Shown piece by piece: positions 54,591-64,000 of a DNA stretch of 64,000 nucleotides (positions are counted from its first letter, which is position 1; each line of letters starts with the position of its first letter). Below the pieces are notes generated by a model, which worked only from the letters and a program-made list of their open reading frames with translations, made no database searches and had not been told where the DNA came from. Both the position numbers and the translations under genes were made by a program. Origin of the DNA: Chrysomallon squamiferum (taxonomy: Eukaryota > Animalia > Mollusca); assembly GCA_012295275.1 (NCBI GenBank), contig CM022672.1, positions 20,584,001 through 20,648,000 of the forward strand. Direction: 5' to 3'.

Positions 54591-57500
54591 TACATTATAT
54601 ATATTATATTATACTGACATACCTTGTGAAAGAAATGGCAGTATTCTTTTCCTGAGATGAAAGCTCACAACATCTTTAAGTCCTTCAATTCCATACATAT
54701 CAGATACAAGCAGCAGTTCTGAAAGAGGGCAGCTTTTGTTGATCTGTATCACTCCTCCATACAGGTACAGTAGAGCTTGTTCAAAAACATTGGCAGAGAC
54801 ACTGAAATAACATGTACTCGGTAATCAATGTGTGTGTGTGTGTGTATTGATGTGTCAGTCTGTCTGTATGCAATTTTGTGTACAAAACAAAAATATATTC
54901 ATATTACATGATTATAAATATATTTTATGCTTGGAGTGAAACTAGGAATGAACTACTGAAAATATATCACCATGATTTTTTTTTTTATATAATACTGAAA
55001 TAATGTGTGAGTGTTTCTGTATGCATTTTCATGTACAAAACAAAAATATATTCATATTACATGATTATAAATACATTTTATACTTGGAGTGAAACTAGGA
55101 ATGAAATACTGAAAATATATCACCATGATTTATTTTTGTATAAAATATTGAAATAACCAAAAAGGAATGTTGATCTTTTTTAGTATGTATTTTAAAGTGA
55201 CAAAATTGATTTAGATATTTAAATATATAAATAAATAAATATATATATATATATATAAATTAAAAATTGACATTTATCTACATATATGTTATGTTAGTAA
55301 CATTCTAATTAACTTATTATACAACATCAAATTTTTTTAAAAAGAAGAACAATTTTTTTTTGAAATGTGTTAATTTATAATTAGGCATTCCTACATTCAC
55401 TGTCCATTATTAAAAGAAAAACAATCACTGTTTAAACAATTACACACACAGACACACATATATAAAATAAAACATCAGAAGCCACACTCTGACAACCACA
55501 GTATGATAATTACTAACCCTTCCAGGTTGATACAGCTGTTACAACTCTCACTCCATGATCCACCAAACATGGCTGAAAAATATGCACTTCTTGCTGCTAG
55601 AATACATCTAAAAATAATATGTAGAGAAAAAAAAAAAAAAAAAAAAAAAAAATATTGAATTTTTGAAATATTTAACACACATATAATAAAAGAAGCAAAT
55701 CCTCCTCATCCTAAATATGAGTCAACTCAAATTAAAAATGTTAAAAAAAAACCTTAAAGGTTTTAAAAAAATAAGAATTATGTCCCTTTTCTTGTGCTTA
55801 TTTCTTTTACAGCATAATTTTTTCTTTTTACATTTACAACTGAAGAACAAAATATTCTACAAATCTAAGTTGATACATTTTATATTTAACTGAAAATATG
55901 ACCTAAATTGTTTGAATAAAGATCTAAATGTCTAGCAAAAACAAAGTTTTATAGTAAAAGTTTATGAAAAATGCCCAGACATTCATATTTATATACAACA
56001 GATTTCAGTAAACAGTCAGCTATAACTAATTTAAATATGACTGATCTTTCCAAGCCCCCCAATAATATTCAGAAATAAAAAGACACTAAATTATATTAAT
56101 CATATTACAAGCTAAATTATGTTTTATGAAAAATGCGATAATGATAACAGCAACAATACATTTTGAAAAAGTGAATAACACTTACTTGTACATTTTGAAA
56201 ATGTGAAAAGTAATTACTTATGAGTTCTGAAAATGTGAATACTAAGTTTTTGTGAGTTTTGAAAATGTAAATACCTGTGCATTTTTTAACTGTGAATGAT
56301 ACTTACTTGTGAGTTTTGAAAATGTGACCTGACACAATTATTTCTTGATCACTTCCCCATTCTTCTAGATACAAACTTATCAGATTCTGCCCAAGGCTGC
56401 TGCAAGCCTCATACCTGTCTTTGGAATTTTCACTCAAGGAATCATCTCTTCCATTAACACTGTAGTTAAACTTATCCTTATTTCTGACATGCTCTAATGA
56501 TAAATTGTCTTCCAAAGAACAAAGAGTAACATTTGTTGATGTGGCAAGTTTATCTGATTCTTCAGAATTGGGTTGAAGCTTGTTGTGACTCATGGAGGAT
56601 TTGAAATCTCTGTGATCAGTACTAACATTAGCCAAGACATGATCAGATGATTTTGAATGACTGTCATCAATGGAAGGAATAGTCAAATTGTGATCAGATG
56701 ACTCTGAATGACCTTCATCAAAGTTAATTCTATTCAAATCAAGATCAGATGATTTTGAATGACCTTCAACAGTGGGAATGCTAGTCAATTTTGGATCAGA
56801 TGATTTTGAAAGACTTTCATCAACACTAATATTAGTCAAGCTGTGGTGGTAGTTGCTGGTGCTACAGTTTTCTATTTGTGGTTCCATGTCTTTTAAACAG
56901 AGATTCATTTCTGAATCTTGCACATCTGCTTCTCTGGAATTCTTACTAGTATCTTCACAGTGTTTGTTTTTGTCCATGTCATCTGAAATATCTTTACTGT
57001 ATTTGTCATCATGACTCGAGACATCAGTGTGTTGACAATTTAGTTGAAACTCAACAGTTCTATCACACAGTGCTAAGGAATTCCCGTCAAGGGTAAACTC
57101 TGTTAATTTTGTGTTGTAACTACTAATTTGCCTTTCCTCTTGCAGTTCATTTTGGACTTCTTTTTCTCCCTCTGTTTTGGTGAATCCAGCCACTGGAGAA
57201 ACAGATGTTTTAACCTGTTCACATTTGATCAGATTTTCTTTGTATTCTTCTAAAAGAAGATTCACATTTTCTGTGATATAGAGTTGTCTGCAAAGCAAAC
57301 AAAAACAGAAAATTTACTTTCTAGTGAAAAATGTATAATTTATCTAGTTTTGCTGTAAGTTAGTATTTTGCTATTAAAAAATGCTTTCAAGAGAATAAAA
57401 AGAAATGTGGATTTTATTGTGAACCAGTATTTCAGAATGGAAAGTTAAGTTCTAAACACTATAAAGAATAGGAGTTTATAAATAATCAGTAATACCAATT

Positions 57501-57596
57501 AAAGTTATTATCTATATGTGCTTGATACATTTCTAAAAGCAAAAATAAACGACAACAATAAAAAAAAAATGACAATAATAAACAAATAAATAAATA

Positions 57597-57649
<53 letters not shown>

Positions 57650-58823
57650 CAATAATATTATCAGCACTGAATAATCCAATTATAACTGACTGCAATGCAA
57701 CATCTACCTAAATCACAGTAGTATAATGCAATATTAATTTAACAATAATAACTTTATTGCACATCAGAAATATTTATCTAGGATTTTTTTAATTCATGAA
57801 CATCTAAATTAAATATTCATGAAACTGAAAAAACAAAAGATAAAACTTTTTGTGAAGTTTGTTACTTTTTTTTGCTATATACTGGTGATGTAGAAGAAAG
57901 TTATTATTTGCCATTCAGAATTTGTCATTTGCTATAGATTTACTGTTAAGTCTTTTTAATCAAATTGTTTTTACTAATCCGAACTACCACAAGTAATGAT
58001 TACTTCAGAAACACATATCCATCCTGTCCTTGCAGACCACCTATTTTTAACACAATGTTCTCTGATGTTGTCGATTTTGCAGGTAACAGAAAATAGTTCC
58101 CAGTCCTGAAACACAAAGAATGAAGCTATTTAATGTATAATTAAAATTTAAAATCTTAAGAATTCTAAGGTTAATTTTACATTTACAAATTACAAATTAG
58201 AATATAAAAAATATATCATCTCTGTTAAAATTTTAAAAAGTAGACCATAAACTAAATAGTTAATATGTTGTTTTATTTAAATTCTATTTGTATGTATCTG
58301 TGTACTTTTCTTTTTATTTATTTATAGAAAATGAAAAATTAATTAATGAACAATGAAAATAAATTGAAAAATATCATTCTAAAATAATTTCCAAAATGAT
58401 ATGGTTTTTATTTAAAAATAAATATATATAAACAATTTAAATCAACCTGCAATTAAAGAATTTTTTTTTTTTAAATAAATGTGTATTTAGCAACATCTTT
58501 ACACTTATTTATCTATTAATCATTATTAGGTTTCAAATATGCATGGTGTTGAATAAAGATGACACAAGAGAAAGGAAACCTAAGATCAATACTATATAGA
58601 TTATGATTAGCAGCTTAGGATTTATTTTGTATTTCTTTGCAGGTAAGCATGCAGCCTTGTATTCAACAACATTCAAAATAAAACATGTATGGCATTAAAA
58701 AATAAATATTATCTTGTCATTTTAGTTCTGCGACAGGTAACAGATCATCTATCCAGATTTCAGAAAACTAGTTCTAGAAGTATGCTAATTTGTCTTAAAT
58801 GCTTTCATGCTTTTTTTCATTAT

Positions 58824-58868
<45 letters not shown>

Positions 58869-59459
58869 AGCCTTTACTGAGAAACTGGAAAAACTAGAAA
58901 TACAAGTGACCACTAATCCCAAGTCTGCCAGATTAAACAGTCTTGTTCTTTCATCTAAAATATTAAATGCATGGCTTCTTTTCAGTTCAAGTATTTAAGC
59001 ACACGTCACAAACTGACCAATTATGTCTATTTCTATAAAAAATTTAAAAAAAAAAAGGATTTGAAAAGACTAATTTACTCATGACTTACCTGGCATATAT
59101 AATCACTGAATGAGCTTTAATGTTCTTTGTTCCACTTACTACAGTTACATCTGTATGTATTTCTTCTGTAAACAATCTAGAATTGAAAATATTTTTTTTT
59201 AAATAAATGTACTTATATGGATTATAGATTTTAAAAGTATGAAATGAAAATAATATTTAAAATAAATTACAGCAAGGATATAAAGTTTCTGTGGTTTTTT
59301 CCAGGATGCTGTTGCTATGGTTATATACCTGAGAATGTCCTCTTTCAGCTGTTCGGCAGTTTGAGTTTGCAGATGTTGTTTTTCTTTCACACATTTCTCT
59401 ACGAATGCAGGGCTTTGGTGAACAGGTGGTAGTTTCATTCTCTCTTTCGGTCGTGCCAT
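47703..59459 (-). CDS. BTBD8: BTB/POZ domain-containing protein 8-like (double BTB + BACK-like), ~971 aa, 12 exons
   Basis: Exons 59329-59459, 59090-59176, 58004-58105, 56307-57287, 55518-55607, 54623-54801, 53801-53992, 52719-52901, 50598-50744, 49836-49965, 49189-49262, 47703-48323. Motifs EQLKEDILRLFTEEIHTDVT..IKAH, FKTHKCILAARSAYFSAMFGGSWSES, DMYGIEGLKDVV and FTKFWATKSFAGLP resemble vertebrate BTBD8 as I recall it. One apparent +1 indel at 54647-54650. Confidence 0.85.
54865..55158. repeat. ~153-bp intronic tandem duplication
   Basis: tgtacaaaacaaaaatatattcatattacatgattataaat...ggagtgaaactaggaatgaa occurs twice. Confidence 0.9.
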
Positions 59460-59967
59460 GGTTTTCCGTACTGAATTACTGTCAGATAATGGACCCTTAT
59501 TTTAAATCAGATCTCTACTAACCTTTGATACAATGAGGTTACTAGTATTTTTCATACTTTAGTCCTATAAATTTATATATATAGTTATATCTGATTAACA
59601 AAGAACATGTCTGACAATACACGCTAAGTTTCCAATTTCGTGATGAAAATATCCATGGAACATTTAATATTCAATTCATTATCATTCCTTGTCGGCTTTA
59701 GTAAAGGATAAAAACAAAAATGACATCATAAAATATTTCAGTTTTCAAACCAGCATTTATTCACATAGGGTGAAATACAGCATTAAATGTAGTCTTAAAT
59801 GGTGTTAAGTGCTGATTAACAAAACTAGACAACAGCAAAACAGCAGTAATCCACATTTTCACATTTATAAACATTGAATGGCAGACACTCGAAGGGAGAT
59901 CACTCTAATTGCACTATCTCAAAAACTAATAATTCGCATCACGAAATAAAATATCTTGAATAGATTC

Positions 59968-59998
<31 letters not shown>

Positions 59999-61453
59999 TA
60001 TTATTATTATTATTATTACTATCGTTATTACAAATTTGAAAAAAAATATATTAATATTTATTTTATGTATGAAAATGTTTTTCCTTTCTATATTTTATTT
60101 TGCTGTTATATAACAAATCAATCCATGAACAGTTTAGTATATGTCCAAAAAACTCTTAAAATCAAAAACTATACTTATCAAATAAAATGCTTAGTAAATT
60201 GTAATGATTATAATAATAAATATTTTTAAAAAGTCTTTTAAAACAGTACTGAATTTCTCTGATTTATGCACACTAAATAACTATCTGAAATGTTCACTAC
60301 TTATTTTAGACAAGACTTTTAATAATTATGCTATGATCTTTTAATTAAAAATATAAAATCTAAACTGCCATTTTATTTTATTTTATTTTATTTTATTTTA
60401 TTTTATTTATATTTGTACCTTTATACAAAAGTTCATTATTATTAAGAGCCGTTTTGAAGGACTCTTAAGAAAATATTATAAGAATAATATTATTATATAC
60501 CTACAGGTATAATATGGATGCTGTATCTATGTATTTTTATAGGACAAATAACAAAGGAATCATATTCAAATGAGTATAACGAATACAAATTATACTACTG
60601 ATATCCTTTATTGAAATTCGAAAATAATATTTATTTCATTGTATTGAAATTTTGAAATTTTTTATTTCAGTTTTATTTTACTTATTCACAGCAGTTTAGA
60701 AAATGAAGATAACAGGGTGACTTTTAGGAAAAAATAATAATAATAAAATAAAAAAAAAAAAAAAAAAAATAAAAATAAAATGAAGTCCTAAAATATAAAT
60801 GTTGGAAATATATTTAATAAAATATATTTTCATTAAAACTATTTTGTTTCTGTTTTATATTATCGTCTTTTGTGTGTGATTAAATTAAAATATGAGATAC
60901 ATGTATGAATAATTATTCGTTTGGCTTGATGATTCTCACCCTTGAATCATTTCTGAAACACTAGCGTGTATTTTAATTATTATTATATCACATTTATAGA
61001 GTACCTTTTCCATACTAAGCAAGTTCAAGGGTGCGCTAAAAAATAATATAATCTTTCTTTATTTATTTATTTATTTATGTGTAGTTAATAGAAAACGCAT
61101 TTATTTTAAAGAGGAAAAGATAAACATAAAAATTAAAACTAAACTTAAAATCGTAATTTTATTGAAAACAAAATAATAATGACAACAAATATATATATAT
61201 GTATCCGTATAACAGTATTTGTAGAATTGTAATTAATCAGCAGTTTGTTATTGTTGTTTTTTGTTAGAAAAAAACAATCAAAAGTATTTATTTTTCCTCA
61301 TATGATATTCATATTCATTATCGTCTAATCATGTTTATTATAATTATTCATCAGCGATGTAAGGGTCACTAAGAAGAAGTACAACAAACGTTAGTATAAC
61401 GAGTATATAATTATCATCAAATAAAAATCATTTCATCGGGGTCTTTATGATTA

Positions 61454-61505
<52 letters not shown>

Positions 61506-61575
61506 TACAGTTTGAAGTGTTACCTGGAAATTATGTTATATCTTGTATATGTAACTGACATGTTATATATATATA

Positions 61576-62291
61576 TACTGGTACGTCAAGTTTCGAGTAT
61601 TCCAACTTATGAATTTTCAGAGTTACGAGCAGTCGCCCGGCGATTTTTTGCTTTGAGTTGCGAGCCTAAATCCGAGTTACGAGCGAGTTTCAGATACCCC
61701 GCCGCTAGTTGGCTCAACGAACAACACAACATCAGCCCAGCATTCGTTTGCTTCACGTGGTTATCTCGCCGTGGAAGTACCTCTTTTGTGTTGTGCTCGC
61801 ATTTTGCAGTATTTTGCCAAAGAAAGTGAGCGCAAAGGACAGTGCTGAGAAGAACAAGCGGATGGTGTTCATTGAATTAAAGCATGTAGTCAACATGGAT
61901 AGGCAGTACGAGCATAGTACTTTTACTGTATGTACCATACTGAAGCAGAAAGAGTCGATAAAGGATATAACTCCAGCCAAAGGCCTTAAAATAATTTCTA
62001 ACCTTCGGACCTCTGCCCATGAAAGGATAGAGAAACCCTAACCCTGTACACTTTACAAAACCAATTTATTTTTTAAATTCTCTTTTATTTTGTTTTTATA
62101 CAATATTTGTCATTTATACATACATTTTCGTATTTAAAAATATGTTACAAAAAATGGGGTGTTTATTGGGGGGCTGGAACGGATTAATTTCATTTGGGAA
62201 AATTGATTTGATATACGAAAAAAAAAAAATTGAGTTACGAGCTCGGCCATGGAACGAATTAAATTCCATGTTAAAGTCAAGGTACCGTACC

Positions 62292-62295
<4 letters not shown>
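61576..62295 (+). mobile_element. Internally deleted Tigger/pogo (Tc1-mariner superfamily) DNA transposon
   Basis: Degenerate TIRs (left tactggtacgtcaagtttcgag, right aagtcaaggtaccgtaccactg), repeated gagttacgagc subterminal motifs, and a remnant of the CENP-B-type HTH N-terminus PKKVSAKDSAEKNKRM...RQYEHSTFTVCTILKQKESIKDITPAKG at ~61815-62041; no DDE domain. Confidence 0.85.
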
Positions 62296-62327
<32 letters not shown>

Positions 62328-62455
62328 TTATGTATGTATATATGTATGTATGTATGTATGTTTATATTTAGGTTATTGTATTTATCCTAGTAAACAATTA
62401 TTTCAAGAACTTATGAAATGAAAAACTAAACTTAATAAAGATGGAACGTTGTACA

Positions 62456-62521
62456 TTTATTTGTTAATATTACACAAATAAATCCGTCATTAACCGTCAT
62501 TAATGACTACAATCATTTATT
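62456..62521 (-). terminator. Candidate Vax polyadenylation signals
   Basis: AATAAA on the minus strand at 62516-62521 and 62456-62461, 70-135 nt after the stop; the motif is common in AT-rich DNA. Confidence 0.35.
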
Positions 62522-62591
62522 AAAATAACTCAGTTAAACATGTCTATTCCACTTGTTTCCAAAGGTTCTGAAATGAATTCTGATTTTGTTT

Positions 62592-62894
62592 TTATCCAGT
62601 AGATGACACTGCTCTGTAAAAGTCATTATAACTCAGAGGAAATGTCTCCGGTTGAAATCCTGGAAGAGCGTACGAAAAATATGGGTTATATGGAATTGAA
62701 GGAACAACAGGGGCAGGTATCACTGGTGTTTTGTGTTGTCTTCTTGGAATGGTGCTTGTTGGAATGTCTCTTGATTGCAAAATTCTTAGAATGTTTTGTG
62801 TGGCCACAGATTCAGCCTTGGAATCTACAACTTCCGCTTCCCGCTCCTTGTCACGTTTGTACTTGGTTCTTCGGTTCTGGAACCATACTTTCAC
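62592..62894 (-). CDS. Vax: Vax homeobox gene, last exon
   Basis: VKVWFQNRRTKYKRDKERE...SSTG-stop; phase-0 acceptor joins Q|VKVWF. Confidence 0.92.
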   Translation of the reverse strand: MKVWFQNRRTKYKRDKEREAEVVDSKAESVATQNILRILQSRDIPTSTIPRRQHKTPVIPAPVVPSIPYNPYFSYALPGFQPETFPLSYNDFYRAVSSTG

Positions 62895-63309
62895 CTGCAT
62901 AGAGTTAAAATTTTATTACAATCAAATCTTTTTAAACAAATAATTTTTGTTGTTGTTTATAACTGTTGAAGTATGAATGAAATTATTTTATAAGTTTTGT
63001 TGCGAGGGAAATCAAACATAAACAGACATAATTATTTGTGATCAACAGATACAAAACCTTGTTAAAACACAAAGTTTATCGGTAACATAAATCGCGAATC
63101 CAGAATTTTTGAAAGGTATGCCGTCAGAGCATGGATAAAGATCTAACTTTCAAGATGATATTATTTTTATTTCGTTGAAAAGAGACGGAAAATAAAGACG
63201 ACGACGACGACAATGGATAGGTAAAACGAACGGAGGGGAGCCGAGAACGAAAGGATAAAAATGATATTTAAATAACAAGAATGTTTTAGACTTTAAATTA
63301 GCCACTGAC

Positions 63310-63497
63310 CTGTGTTTCTGACAGTTGTAAACGTGCTGACAAGTCGGTTCTTTCCTTGCCTACCAAATACTGGTTACGTTGAAATTCACACTCCAGCTGG
63401 CAGAGTTGTTCCGTGGAGAAGGTGGTTCTGGTTCGCTTGGGCCGATCTAAATCGAGAGCCTTTGGAAACACAAGTTCTTTGACCACACCATTAGCAT
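63310..63497 (-). CDS. Vax: Vax homeobox gene, penultimate exon (pre-homeodomain motif + helices 1-2)
   Basis: [62 protein letters not shown]; the [14 protein letters not shown] motif is diagnostic of VAX1/2; first exon lies right of the window. Confidence 0.92.
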
Positions 63498-63869
63498 CTG
63501 AAAAATAATAACCAACAATTTCAAACTTTTAAAAACGATTCATTTTTAGAAACCTTTCTCATTTTTCTTCTGTTGTCACAAGAGACACATTTTAAAGATT
63601 TTTCGACGTTTTTTGATTGCAGTTTTATGCTCTAAAAGCACTTGGTGTAAGGACCTCAAAAACAGATGGTTCTTTCTCTCTAATTACACACACATCAATA
63701 GTGTGTGTATGTGTGTGATGCTGGCCCCATGACTGGCTGTTGTAAACAAATTCTACTGACTTTTAAAATTACAGAACATTCTTACTTATTCTTTTTTTTT
63801 TAATATCGGTATATTTTTTAACAATTACATATCCATAATATTATATTTTATTACTATAATTAATTTCTT

Positions 63870-64000
63870 TAATTATGTTGTCGTTAATAGAAAACGCATT
63901 TATTTTATACAGGACATGATAAAGATAAAAAAGTAAGTTCAAGGGTGCGTTAAAAAATATAATCTTTATTTATTTATTTAATTATGTTGTAGTTAATAGA
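63870..64000. repeat. ~109-bp tandem repeat in Vax intron, with a dispersed copy at ~61020-61130
   Basis: Shared aagttcaagggtgcg.taaaaaat and gttaatagaaaacgcatttatttta blocks. Confidence 0.8.

Noticed and set aside
62484-62507. Palindrome gtcattaatgac and duplicated ccgtcattaa in the Vax 3' region as an autoregulatory homeodomain site
   Set aside because: Short TAAT motifs are expected by chance in AT-rich DNA; no conservation evidence available

Overview
AT-rich, microsatellite-dense animal genomic DNA with spliceosomal GT-AG introns; a mollusc, possibly a cephalopod, is my inference only. There are three minus-strand genes. (1) A very large secreted cysteine-rich mosaic protein with 39 coding exons reconstructed by hand from 26948 to 258, about 2075 codons and running off the left edge. 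Domain order: signal peptide - [WAP-FOLN-like-EGF]x3 - LDLa - EGFx3 - SEA - EGFx2 - small Cys module - EGFx2 - TY1 - EGF - TY1 with mucin-like insert - antistasin - FOLN-like - WAP - TY1 - WAP - EGF - TY1 - lustrin Cys repeat - Kunitz - WAP - Kunitz - WAP - TY1 (partial). (2) A BTBD8-like double-BTB gene with 12 exons at 47703-59459. (3) The last two exons of a Vax homeobox gene at 62592-63497. Also present are a 3.45-kb tandem duplication carrying VNTRs, a Tigger/pogo transposon relic and many simple repeats. The most unusual signal is a recurring class of tandem repeats built from exon-intron junctions themselves. One is a ~15-copy 53-bp array of the Kunitz exon 3' splice site in which full-length decoy acceptors lead to an in-frame stop; older echoes create in-frame alternative donors and acceptors 60 nt away. 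Four apparent 1-bp frameshifts in otherwise intact exons are probably assembly indels.
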